Virus record (IMG/VR): IMGVR_UViG_3300027406_000071
Reading direction: 5' to 3' (one strand)
DNA length: 64,000 bases
Source of the DNA: an uncultured virus (IMG/VR IMGVR_UViG_3300027406_000071)
Lineage: Duplodnaviria; Heunggongvirae; Uroviricota; Caudoviricetes
Shown: positions 29,102 through 38,370 of the stretch, one piece after another
Layout of the letters: each line of letters starts with the position of its first letter
How positions within the stretch are numbered: the first letter of the stretch is position 1
Notes under the pieces: model-generated
Told to the model about the DNA's origin: nothing
Seen by the model: only the letters and a program-made list of their open reading frames with translations
Database searches by the model: none
Made by a program: the position numbers and the translations under genes

Positions 29102-31117
29102 TTAAAATACGAATTGAAAAGTCTTTAATAGATCTTTAGCTTTAATAGAATCTGCATCTACACCAAACTCATCATATAGTTTTTGATACATTTCATCCCA
29201 TAAATCTTGATCTGCTAAATCATTTAATACTTCTTTATTATCTCTAATGAATTTTTTTACATCACCTCTAATATCTTCATTTACTTCAGTGTCTAATGCA
29301 AATTTTTCAACTAGTGAATCTAATGTTACTTCAACTACTGATTCTTCTAATTCGTCAATAAATTCTTGAACATCACCGCCGTCATTTAATGAGTATGTAA
29401 ATTCATCTTTAGCTTTATTAGAAATAATTACAGTATCGCCTTTGATTTCAGCCTTCATGTTTTTCATTCCTTTAAGTGCTTGTTGAATAAGTATTAAAGC
29501 ATCATCTGAATTCTGACCATAACTTCTTTCATTCACTGATTCCATTAAACCAATTGCAATATCTCCAACTTCTCTATCACCACCATCAACATACTTCTTG
29601 TTTAGTATTGCGAATTTAAAACCGTCTGCTTTTATCATATACATTGGCATCATACCAGTACTAAAGTCATATTTGTAATTACCAGCTTTTAATTCTTTAC
29701 CAACATTCATAAATGATTTAGCATTTCCTACTAAATCAGCTAAATTGTCTAAGTGTGTTCCAGCATCATCTTTTTCATTGATTGTTTTTGCTTCATAAAC
29801 TTCTATAGCATCTTCTATATCTTGTAAGTCCATACCAAAGTTTTCAGCATGAGCTACTGCATAATCAACTAATTCACTATAACCAAGATCTTTTCTTGCA
29901 TCTTCCCATTCTTTTCTAGTTTTTCTATCATCGGAATTTCCATATGCATCGTCTAAGAAATCGATTAAAACTTCTTCGTCTTTTGTATTTAAATAAGAAT
30001 CTATTGCCATTAATTCTCTATTTTCACTTAAGCCTTGTTCTTTATTTTGTTCTTTAGCAAAAGCAAATGCATCTTCTTCAAGTTCAAAACATTTAACTAA
30101 TGTATCGCCTTCCCAAACACCATATGGTGTTTCTGGTTTATCACAATGTCTTACTTCATATTTGTCATTTGGATTTTCGCTGTGATGTTCAGTAACTTCT
30201 TTTGCCCAACCAACTTTATGATTTTTAGCATATTGCGCATGTGCCAATGGCATAAAATATTCATCACGTTGCTTTTTATTTAACAATTTCCAATAAGCAT
30301 CAACTAAGTCTCCGCGACCATTGTCTGAATGTCCACCAATTTCCGCATAATGTGCAAGAGCTTTTTCAAATTCTTTACTAGAACCTTCAGTAATAACTAC
30401 TGATTCAGCTAATTCTGCATGAACATCTTTTAAACCTACAGCATCGTCTAATTGAGATAGTAAATCTTTTTTCTGTGCAGTTAATGCTCTTAGTTTTTCT
30501 AATAGTTCAGTCTTTCTGTCACCTTCAGCTGCTTTCCATTCTTCAACAGTAGTTACCATGTCTTTTACAACTTGGCCATACTCTTTTTGAATTTTAGTAA
30601 TTGATTTGCCTTCTTCTAACTTAGTTTCATTATTTTCGAATGCATATAATTCTTTGGCTGATTTAAGTTTCTTACCTGCTTTTTCAGGATTACTAGGATC
30701 TGGATGTGCTAATAAACCAGCATCAATTAATCTATCAAATATTTCATCTCTTACTAAACTGAAGTCAATAGAATCACTAGAATTGTCCCAAGTTTGGGCA
30801 ACATATTCAGGATCTATCCAACCATAACCTTTTTTAATATCATTAACCATATCTTTGAAATCCATTTCAAATTGCTTAACTCTACCTTCATTTACTGTAA
30901 TTATAGCACTAGATAGTGATTTAACCGCTGTTAATTTATCTGTAAAAAGATTTAAAGCCTCGTTTAATACAACAGGTTCTTTAATATCCTCTACAATTTT
31001 AGTAGCTTTAATAGGACTTTTAGTTTCAGATATCAATAAAGCTTCTTTAATTACTTCTGCAGAATATAAATTTATTGCAGAGTCATTTTTATTATTGAAA
31101 TTTATAAATGATGACAT
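29102..31117 (-). CDS. Acidic polyprotein-like hypothetical protein punctuated by [VIL]xE sites
   Basis: VLNE, TVNE, VITE, TINE, SVNE, EVNE separate unrelated-looking segments. Confidence 0.7.
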   Translation of the reverse strand: MSSFINFNNKNDSAINLYSAEVIKEALLISETKSPIKATKIVEDIKEPVVLNEALNLFTDKLTAVKSLSSAIITVNEGRVKQFEMDFKDMVNDIKKGYGWIDPEYVAQTWDNSSDSIDFSLVRDEIFDRLIDAGLLAHPDPSNPEKAGKKLKSAKELYAFENNETKLEEGKSITKIQKEYGQVVKDMVTTVEEWKAAEGDRKTELLEKLRALTAQKKDLLSQLDDAVGLKDVHAELAESVVITEGSSKEFEKALAHYAEIGGHSDNGRGDLVDAYWKLLNKKQRDEYFMPLAHAQYAKNHKVGWAKEVTEHHSENPNDKYEVRHCDKPETPYGVWEGDTLVKCFELEEDAFAFAKEQNKEQGLSENRELMAIDSYLNTKDEEVLIDFLDDAYGNSDDRKTRKEWEDARKDLGYSELVDYAVAHAENFGMDLQDIEDAIEVYEAKTINEKDDAGTHLDNLADLVGNAKSFMNVGKELKAGNYKYDFSTGMMPMYMIKADGFKFAILNKKYVDGGDREVGDIAIGLMESVNERSYGQNSDDALILIQQALKGMKNMKAEIKGDTVIISNKAKDEFTYSLNDGGDVQEFIDELEESVVEVTLDSLVEKFALDTEVNEDIRGDVKKFIRDNKEVLNDLADQDLWDEMYQKLYDEFGVDADSIKAKDLLKTFQFVF

Positions 31118-31149
31118 ATTTTTGATTGTATATTTTTATTTATATATTC

Positions 31150-31623
31150 TTATTTCTTTCCAGAACCACCTTTTCCTTTTCCAGAACCTTTTCCAGAACC
31201 TTTTCCAGAACCTGATCCACTAGAACTACCCTTTCCTGATCCTCCTATAATTTCACCTGCACCAGAACCTGATCCACTAGATACATTTTTTCCAGTTTTA
31301 GCTTTTCTTTTAGCTGGTTTCTTTTTAGCTGGCGCTTTTTTAGCAGCTGGTTTTCTACCTTTTCTAGTTTTACCTGCTGCTGCTTCTGCAACATCAGATG
31401 CTTGATCCAATAATTCTTTAGATGCTTTTTTAACATCACCAATTTCAGCTTTAACGTTTTTAGCTCTACGCTTTACTTCTTTCTTAATAGAATCTACTTT
31501 GTCTTCTACTACGTCTGCAATAAAGTCACCGTCTTTATCTTCGATTTTACCCTTTTTGATCAAAAGGAAATAGGCACCAGCGGCTACCGCTAATAATGCC
31601 AATACAATTAATGTTGTGCTCAT
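31150..31623 (-). CDS. Membrane-anchored protein with Lys/Ala/Gly-rich histone-H1-like tail
   Basis: N-terminal TM helix; KPAAKKAPAKKKPAKRK; GSGK repeats. Confidence 0.7.
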   Translation of the reverse strand: MSTTLIVLALLAVAAGAYFLLIKKGKIEDKDGDFIADVVEDKVDSIKKEVKRRAKNVKAEIGDVKKASKELLDQASDVAEAAAGKTRKGRKPAAKKAPAKKKPAKRKAKTGKNVSSGSGSGAGEIIGGSGKGSSSGSGSGKGSGKGSGKGKGGSGKK

Positions 31624-31658
31624 AATTTTTGTTTTTTATTTAATTAAATTCTTATTAC

Positions 31659-31686
31659 TTATACTATTTATCCGTCTTTTGTTTCA
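31659..31686 (-). promoter_or_regulatory. Class II promoter TGAAAC-N16-GTATAA (one of at least eight copies)
   Basis: Same bipartite motif at 25805-25832, 37889-37917, 51742-51770, 57805-57832, 63484-63511; TAAAC variants at 6795-6822 and 32767-32794. Confidence 0.65.
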
Positions 31687-31695
31687 TAAAAGAAG

Positions 31696-31717
31696 AAAGC
31701 AGCCTTTTGGCTGCTTT
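31696..31717. terminator. Intrinsic terminator hairpin
   Basis: aaagcagcc-tttt-ggctgcttt. Confidence 0.7.
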
Positions 31718-31731
31718 TTCATTGAGTTTGT

Positions 31732-31902
31732 TTAAGCTGGACCACCGACCCCGAAATGGACCCAATTTGCGTAATCATCCGCAGTGTTTTGAAGATCTTC
31801 TACGTTTACTTCGAATACTTGATCATTCTTAACACTTGTAACTTCTACGGTTGTTGAATCACTCTCAGGAACCGACGCAGCTCCTGGAATTAATTCAGCC
31901 AT
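31732..31902 (-). CDS. Small hypothetical protein in its own transcription unit
   Basis: Start MAELIP; GATATATAA motif upstream, terminator downstream. Confidence 0.6.
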   Translation of the reverse strand: MAELIPGAASVPESDSTTVEVTSVKNDQVFEVNVEDLQNTADDYANWVHFGVGGPA

Positions 31903-31998
31903 TATAAAACACGTTATTTTTAGAGACAAGAACTTTATCGTTCTCTTATATTATATATCACGTTTTATAATATAGTTTCTTAATATAATACTATTTTT

Positions 31999-32745
31999 TT
32001 AAATATTTTTTAAATTATTTACAAGCCAGTCTAATTCTACTTGACTACCTGAATCTGAGATGGCATTTTCAGGATCTGGGTGTGTTTCAACGAACACTCC
32101 ATCATATTCAAATATACGAGCTGCTTGAGAATATTGCTTTGCCAATTTACGACTTCCTCCTGTAATACCGTCACCTGCCATTTGAGTAGAGTGTGTACAA
32201 TCAAAGATAACTTTGTCTGCAAATTCTTTCATTACATCAACACCTCTAAAATCTACAATTAATCTATCATATCCAAAGTTAGAACCTCTTTCAGTAAGCC
32301 AAACTTGACAATTAGGATTTACTTCTTTAATTTTAGTAACAGCATGTTTCATAGCATCTGCCGATAACCACTGTCCTTTCTTAACATTAATAGTATTGAA
32401 ATGTTTTGCACACTCTACTAATAGATCTGTTTGTCTACATAAGAATGCTGGAATTTGAATTACATCTACCACATCAGATAATGGTAATGCTTGACTTGTT
32501 TCATGAATGTCAGTAACTATTTTAATATCAGGAAATCTATCTTTGACATTTCTCATAATATTAATACCTTCGTCCAAACCTGGACCTCTATTAGAGTGAA
32601 TTGAAGTTCTATTAGCTTTATCGAAACTGCCTTTAAGATACCAATCTTTTCCATTCATTAATGGATAAAGTGTTTCAGCAACTAACATGAAGTTGTCCTC
32701 GTTCTCAATACTACAAGGACCTAGTATGTATGTGTAATCTTGCAT
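31999..32745 (-). CDS. kdsA: 3-deoxy-D-manno-octulosonate 8-phosphate synthase
   Basis: GPCSIE, KGSFDKANRTS, QIPAFLCRQTDLL, NVKKGQ, ERG, DCTHS, ETHP...SD. Confidence 0.95.
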   Translation of the reverse strand: MQDYTYILGPCSIENEDNFMLVAETLYPLMNGKDWYLKGSFDKANRTSIHSNRGPGLDEGINIMRNVKDRFPDIKIVTDIHETSQALPLSDVVDVIQIPAFLCRQTDLLVECAKHFNTINVKKGQWLSADAMKHAVTKIKEVNPNCQVWLTERGSNFGYDRLIVDFRGVDVMKEFADKVIFDCTHSTQMAGDGITGGSRKLAKQYSQAARIFEYDGVFVETHPDPENAISDSGSQVELDWLVNNLKNI

Positions 32746-32797
32746 TTTTATATTCGTTTATAGATGTTATACGAATAAATTTAGAATGGTTTATTTT

Positions 32798-34411
32798 TTA
32801 TCTAGATTCAAGCCCTATGTTTTTATTAAATGGCTCATTTGCCCCAGTTCCTGCGCTAAACTGAAACCTTGCGGCTGCAAAATCTTTAATTTTAAATTGA
32901 ATGCCTGTTGATTTTACACCTATTAATAAATACAACTGTTGAACTGAACTGACTCTGTTTACCATAGAAGATAAACCGTCAACATATACTTTATTGCTAT
33001 TTATAGTTTTTACTAGTTCCTGAGAAATAGGATAAAAAATAACACCAAACCTATATTGGTCGTTTTTCTTAAGTCTTTTAGCATAATATGTTACTGCTGA
33101 TTGTTCATTCTTACAACCATCAGGCCTGGAACCTGTTTTGCTCCAAAATTCATCCATTATTTTATACCATTCTCCTTGATCTCTATTAAATAGTTCATCT
33201 ACTTTTTCATGAAGTATATGCCTAGAAACTTCCATATTGTTTATTCCTAATTTATCTAAAATAGACCTATATCCGGAAGTTTTATTGTTATATAAAAGAC
33301 TATTTGCTAAAACAATATTTGTTAGCCATACATTTGATTGTCTTCCTTGATTAGGCTCTTTAGTATATCCTCCATTTGTTTTAGGATCAGCAATCACTTT
33401 GATTATATCATCATATGTTTTTCTTTCAGACTTGTCTAAAACAAAATTCTGTTCGGAATTCTTATCAGAAACTCTATTATGTATTATTTCACACATCGTG
33501 ACGATAGATGGAGTTCCTCCTTTTTTACCAGCTTTTGAAGATATGTCCCATCCATCAAAATGAAAATCTACTAACGCAGCATTTGCTCCTTGTGGAAAAC
33601 TTAAGCCCGTCCCAGGATCGCTAACTGCACTGAATAAAAATATACCTCCTAATATTTCTCCAAAATCATTTGCTATTTTTGCTAATGAAACCGAGTCTAT
33701 TCCATATTCTTCTTGTATATTTTTACCAAAATCCAATTCAAAACTTTGACCTGCTTCTTTAAGAAATGTTTTTAAATTCCCGGGAATTTTATATGTATCT
33801 TGATTTCTAGTATACTCTACTAGATCTTTAATATAGTCTATGTATGGTTTAGGAAAGGTGTTACCGTATTTTTTTTCAACTGCATCAATAGCTGCTTTAC
33901 ATATAATATCTATTGTTCCATAAGTAGCTCCCTTTCCATCTAGTCCTAGAGCCTTAGGTGTTAATTTACCTCTTCCTATTATTGCTTTTTCTCCGGTTTT
34001 TGTTTTAGCCACATTACTTACAATAAGATATTCTTCACCTTTTAAAAAAGTTTCAGTTCCAATATTAATATCTTTTAGTATCGTAACAACTACGGTTGGA
34101 AATGTTCCGGAAAGTGATTTGTCATCTCCAGGATATTGTATTTCAATTTCAAAATAATCTTTAGGTAAACCAGATGCTATTAACATTTGAGTTGTATTGT
34201 CAGTTGGTTCTACCCCTAAATCTGCTCTTAATTGTTCACCTGTACCAAATTTAGTGATCGCACCTGGATAAGAAGCAGATTTCATCCAATCAGTATATGC
34301 TGAGTTAAAAAATTCTCTTTTGTAATTATATTTGACTTTCTCATTTATTTCAGCTTGTTTTCTGTTCATTGCAATCTGAAAGTTATTTCTAATATCTCCG
34401 AATGTACTCAT
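32798..34411 (-). CDS. Large hypothetical protein, possible PD-(D/E)XK nuclease fold
   Basis: DFGEILG...LVDF...ISSK pattern. Confidence 0.45.
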   Translation of the reverse strand: MSTFGDIRNNFQIAMNRKQAEINEKVKYNYKREFFNSAYTDWMKSASYPGAITKFGTGEQLRADLGVEPTDNTTQMLIASGLPKDYFEIEIQYPGDDKSLSGTFPTVVVTILKDINIGTETFLKGEEYLIVSNVAKTKTGEKAIIGRGKLTPKALGLDGKGATYGTIDIICKAAIDAVEKKYGNTFPKPYIDYIKDLVEYTRNQDTYKIPGNLKTFLKEAGQSFELDFGKNIQEEYGIDSVSLAKIANDFGEILGGIFLFSAVSDPGTGLSFPQGANAALVDFHFDGWDISSKAGKKGGTPSIVTMCEIIHNRVSDKNSEQNFVLDKSERKTYDDIIKVIADPKTNGGYTKEPNQGRQSNVWLTNIVLANSLLYNNKTSGYRSILDKLGINNMEVSRHILHEKVDELFNRDQGEWYKIMDEFWSKTGSRPDGCKNEQSAVTYYAKRLKKNDQYRFGVIFYPISQELVKTINSNKVYVDGLSSMVNRVSSVQQLYLLIGVKSTGIQFKIKDFAAARFQFSAGTGANEPFNKNIGLESR

Positions 34412-34412
34412 A

Positions 34413-35012
34413 TTATTTTATTGCTTTTATTGTTGATATATTTATCCCATCGTATTCGTCTTCTAATGATTTTACTAATTTTAGGTTAGCATCGTCATCA
34501 TCATAAAACTGCATATCATTGTAACCCATTTCTATAAGTTCTTTGAATGCTGCTTTTTTACGATCAGATATATTACCTTTGAATTTGTGAATAGGATCAT
34601 TAACTGCAAATATTAATTCATAATCAATTCTATATCCTACGTGTTCTCTTAGCCATTTATGAATCATTTTACGATCATCTCTTGCCGTAACAATTCCTAC
34701 TGCTAATTTTGACTTATAAGCTTCTTTGAATATTTTAAGATAATATTCTATTAATTTACCGGCTTTCATAATCTCTAAAGATTTAAACTCGTCAAAGTTT
34801 AATTCTTCATGTTCACCTTTTTCATATGTATTGAATTCTTCAGGTGTTAGAGAATAACATTCACCTGTTTTTTTATTACACACCTTGATTTTTGCAGAAG
34901 ATATAACTAATGTATCATCAAGATCAAATACAAGAATTTTAGACCCATGATATGGTTTACCTGGCCTTCTTGCTTCATTTAAATAAGCTTCATATCTTTT
35001 AACGTATTTCAT
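34413..35012 (-). CDS. HAD-superfamily phosphatase with capsid-targeting-like leader
   Basis: FDLDDTL, VTAR, K, FYDDD; leader MKYVKRYEAYLNE. Confidence 0.85.
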   Translation of the reverse strand: MKYVKRYEAYLNEARRPGKPYHGSKILVFDLDDTLVISSAKIKVCNKKTGECYSLTPEEFNTYEKGEHEELNFDEFKSLEIMKAGKLIEYYLKIFKEAYKSKLAVGIVTARDDRKMIHKWLREHVGYRIDYELIFAVNDPIHKFKGNISDRKKAAFKELIEMGYNDMQFYDDDDANLKLVKSLEDEYDGINISTIKAIK

Positions 35013-35042
35013 CTTAAGTTATATAAACCCTTTTAAAAAAGT

Positions 35043-35306
35043 TTATTTATTATTTTCTTGTCTTATTTTAATGGCAGCAGTTTTAATATCTAATTTTACT
35101 ATTTGTGCTTGTAAAGAAAGTTTTTGTGCAGCGATCGCATGTAACTCGGATTTCAATGGATCCTCTTCTTCTCTTTGCTTTTTAGCAGTATCAGCGGCCT
35201 TTATCTTGATATCGGTTTTCTTTTTATCTAAATCTCTAATCTTTTGATTTAAGTCAGCAACTTTTTGTGCATCTTCGTAAATCTTTTGTGTTTTAATGTG
35301 TTTCAT
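35043..35306 (-). CDS. Coiled-coil hypothetical protein
   Basis: Leader-like MKHIKTQKIYE; heptad pattern. Confidence 0.6.
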   Translation of the reverse strand: MKHIKTQKIYEDAQKVADLNQKIRDLDKKKTDIKIKAADTAKKQREEEDPLKSELHAIAAQKLSLQAQIVKLDIKTAAIKIRQENNK

Positions 35307-35598
35307 TTTTTGGTATGTCTTTTTCTATTTCTAATCTCCATAACATATTATTTGGAACTATAAATTTTCTATCGTGACCATATACATAAAAAACAGTTTT
35401 CCATATATTTTGTCTTACTATTCTGGCCTTTTTAGCTCCTCTAATGTAAACTATATCATCTATATTGTAATCATTGCCATATAAAAACTGTGCTCCTATT
35501 ACAAAATTAGAAACAAGATCTTTAAATGCAAATGTTATTATCGCAACAGCCGTCAACCATCCCCATTCTCCTACAAATTTAGATACTATTTCTTCCAT
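35293..35598 (-). CDS. Minimal MscS-like membrane protein
   Basis: FAFKDLVSNFVIG, YNIDDIV, FIVPNN resemble MscS TM3 and beta-domain. Confidence 0.6.
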   Translation of the reverse strand: MEEIVSKFVGEWGWLTAVAIITFAFKDLVSNFVIGAQFLYGNDYNIDDIVYIRGAKKARIVRQNIWKTVFYVYGHDRKFIVPNNMLWRLEIEKDIPKNETH

Positions 35599-36248
35599 TC
35601 TTTAACTAAGTTATTATACAACCACATTCCTATCTTTTCACCAAATTCAATATCTGATTTAAAGTGATGACCTCCTACTATTCTTGATTTAGAAACATCA
35701 TCCGCTATTTTCATAGCATCTTCTTTTAATTGGGGGTATACATCACCTATTATTTTTGCCACTAATATACTTTGGGCAGTGTGACCTGATGGAAATGATG
35801 GAGTTTTTGCTGTATCAGAACCGAATACCTTTATATCTACACCATGATATGGTGCTAATTGGTATGGTCTTGGTCTATTGTATTTATATTTTAATCTAAT
35901 TATTCTATCACCAGCTGCTTTGATCAAATATTTAAAATATTTATTTGACCATTGTAAATCATTAGATTTAACTAATTCTTTAAATGCCCACATAAAATCA
36001 TCGTCATATTTATGTTCTAATTTTGCTGGCTTTTTTGTACTGGCACATTCTATTGCCATATCTAATAATTCTAGTTTTACTAATTCAGATGAATTTGAAG
36101 GTGGTAATTCTATGGGTGCATCTTCTGAATATGATTTAAACCATTCTTTATCTTGTGTTGCACTTAATCTTATTACATGTTTATCTTTTGGTTCTTTTCT
36201 AAAAACCAATCTATCTATAATAAATGTACTAAGTGATTCTAATCTCAT
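35586..36248 (-). CDS. PAP2/vanadium-haloperoxidase-superfamily phosphatase
   Basis: KYKYNRPRP, PSFPSGH, SRIVGGHHFKSD. Confidence 0.9.
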   Translation of the reverse strand: MRLESLSTFIIDRLVFRKEPKDKHVIRLSATQDKEWFKSYSEDAPIELPPSNSSELVKLELLDMAIECASTKKPAKLEHKYDDDFMWAFKELVKSNDLQWSNKYFKYLIKAAGDRIIRLKYKYNRPRPYQLAPYHGVDIKVFGSDTAKTPSFPSGHTAQSILVAKIIGDVYPQLKEDAMKIADDVSKSRIVGGHHFKSDIEFGEKIGMWLYNNLVKEWKK

Positions 36249-36538
36249 TCTGTCGTTGCCTCGTCATCTAATCTATTGATTTCTTCTTGAATTTCAAATA
36301 ATCTCCATTCAAAATCAAATAATTCTTGACGGCTTAATTTATTTTGTTTAAAGGATTTTCTAGCTCTGCTATATTCCTCTGTCAATCTTTTTAAAGCTTT
36401 TTTTAGTTCGCTTCTCGTTTGATTAGCGTTAATACTGGACGTTGCCTTAATCGTCTTTTTTGGCTTGTTTACTGTTTTTTCTACTACTACCATATCAAAA
36501 TCTGAAAATAGTTGTAGAAACTTTTCTGTATTGCTCAT
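36245..36538 (-). CDS. Hypothetical protein
   Basis: ORF with ATGA coupling to the next gene. Confidence 0.6.
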   Translation of the reverse strand: MSNTEKFLQLFSDFDMVVVEKTVNKPKKTIKATSSINANQTRSELKKALKRLTEEYSRARKSFKQNKLSRQELFDFEWRLFEIQEEINRLDDEATTE

Positions 36539-36571
36539 GATTTTTTAATGTTTTTTAATTAAACACCCATT

Positions 36572-36964
36572 TTATATATCACCCATATATTTATCTCTAA
36601 CTCTACTACTGACAGAAATTGCTTCACCTTGTTCGTCTACTCTTACAAATTTAATATGTGTTGCAAGTATAATGCCTTGTTTACCGTTGTATACATTATG
36701 TGATCTTGCTTCAACTTTTAGGGTGACAGATGAGTTTCCTATTGTTTCTACTTCACCGTATATTTTAAGGAGATGTCCTTCTTTTGCTGGTTTTTTAAAA
36801 ACACATTTATCTATGAGAACTGTTACCATTCTTGGTGTATCGCATACTTGGGAAGCATATGCAGCTCCCGCTGCGTCAACCCATGCTAATAATTTTCCAC
36901 CAAAAAGATTGCCATGAAATCCCAAGTCGGACTTCTTGACCGGATGCGTACTTATTAACTCCAT
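36572..36964 (-). CDS. Hotdog-fold acyl-CoA thioesterase (YciA-like)
   Basis: DLGFHGNLFGGKLLAWVD, FKKP, FVRVD. Confidence 0.9.
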   Translation of the reverse strand: MELISTHPVKKSDLGFHGNLFGGKLLAWVDAAGAAYASQVCDTPRMVTVLIDKCVFKKPAKEGHLLKIYGEVETIGNSSVTLKVEARSHNVYNGKQGIILATHIKFVRVDEQGEAISVSSRVRDKYMGDI

Positions 36965-37255
36965 CTATTTTATATTGTTTAGTAGATTGTCGATAAGCCC
37001 ACTTTCTTCTCTAAGAGCTTCGACTTTATCATTAAATGATCTTCCATCTAAATAATTGTGATTTTTACAATTACCTTTATGGGTAATACTTGAACTGGTA
37101 CTCCAATTCTTTTTAAAACTTACATATTCACATCCATCAAATTCTACTATTGTGACTTTGTAACCATTTTCTTCTTTAGTTTCTTGTTGTGTAATAGAAT
37201 CTTCAGAACATGAGGTTAATATTAATAAAGATATAAAGTATATTGCTTTTTTCAT
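36965..37255 (-). CDS. Lipoprotein
   Basis: Lipobox LTSC; FDGCEY...THKGNC. Confidence 0.7.
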   Translation of the reverse strand: MKKAIYFISLLILTSCSEDSITQQETKEENGYKVTIVEFDGCEYVSFKKNWSTSSSITHKGNCKNHNYLDGRSFNDKVEALREESGLIDNLLNNIK

Positions 37256-37263
37256 AATTTTTT

Positions 37264-37575
37264 TTATACTGGCGGATCTAAAGGTACATTAGGATATCTT
37301 TCACTTCCCAGAATTAAATTAGTTGTTGTGTCAGGAATACCTGCACCAAGATAAGGCTCAAGTTTTAACATTGCATTAGTAATATCTTGGGCTATAATAG
37401 TAACATTCTTTTCTTTACCATTATCTAAATATAAACATTCATAAATAAGATGTTCTTTAATTTTAGAAGTTTCTACCACTTTAATACTAAGTACTACTGT
37501 TCTTCTATCAGACTTATTTAAAGCCCTAACTAATTCAGATTTAGTTCTATTGTATTTCTTTTTAAGATTTGCCAT
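37264..37575 (-). CDS. Hypothetical protein
   Basis: ORF in operon. Confidence 0.6.
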   Translation of the reverse strand: MANLKKKYNRTKSELVRALNKSDRRTVVLSIKVVETSKIKEHLIYECLYLDNGKEKNVTIIAQDITNAMLKLEPYLGAGIPDTTTNLILGSERYPNVPLDPPV

Positions 37576-37586
37576 TTGGGGTTAAT

Positions 37587-37868
37587 TTATTGATATAGAT
37601 CAAGTGTTTCTTGATCCAATTCGATTTCTTCACCTTGTTCTAATTCCTCAGGATTACCCCATTCCATGATAGCCGCGTAAATAGCAATATGTTTTGGATC
37701 TTCTAAAGGACTTTGTTCAAAGCCTGTTTCACCTAAAATATAGAATTCAGAACCATTATCATCTTCAGAAAATCTAAATGTAACTTCTTCTTCATCAAAT
37801 AAAACAGTACCTTGATGAGTTGTCATTTGATACCTAATGTAAGGTGTTTCTTTAACTGTAAATTTCAT
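37587..37868 (-). CDS. Hypothetical acidic protein
   Basis: ORF downstream of a class II promoter. Confidence 0.65.
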   Translation of the reverse strand: MKFTVKETPYIRYQMTTHQGTVLFDEEEVTFRFSEDDNGSEFYILGETGFEQSPLEDPKHIAIYAAIMEWGNPEELEQGEEIELDQETLDLYQ

Positions 37869-37928
37869 ATTTATATTTTTTATAATACTTATACGACATT
37901 AAATATAAATAGTTTCAACAGGTAAACC

Positions 37929-38369
37929 CTATTTTAGAGATTTCTCGATAGCTTTCTTGATTGCAGACGCAAATACTGTCTTATTAAAAGGTAAGTTCTC
38001 ATCTTGTAAATCGATGAATGTAGCTTTAACTGTAGATTTAGCCATTCCTTCAACTTCAATTACATTATCATCCATATAGATTAGTAAAGTGACTATTGTT
38101 TTTTTACTCACTTTAGTCCACGGTCCTATCGATATTCCAGTCGTTGGTGCTTCTATTGAAGTTACTTTAACTTCAACTGGCTTACCATCTAAACATAAAT
38201 CATACTTGTCTGAAATAACATCTTCCATCATTTGTTTAATACCAAATGTAATTCTTCTTTGGCTGATCTCTTCCATTTCAACTTCTGTTGTTACATTCTT
38301 AACAGTATAACAATCTTGTGCGAATAACATAGTTGGAATTAAGAATAGGAGTATTAATAGCTTTTTCAT
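37929..38369 (-). CDS. Secreted CsgG/TolB-N-like small protein
   Basis: Signal peptide MKKLLILLFLIPTMLFAQ; C-terminal FNKTVFASAIKKAIE resembles FNQSTIGIATKKALE of 39725-40429. Confidence 0.55.
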   Translation of the reverse strand: MKKLLILLFLIPTMLFAQDCYTVKNVTTEVEMEEISQRRITFGIKQMMEDVISDKYDLCLDGKPVEVKVTSIEAPTTGISIGPWTKVSKKTIVTLLIYMDDNVIEVEGMAKSTVKATFIDLQDENLPFNKTVFASAIKKAIEKSLK

Positions 38370-38370
38370 A

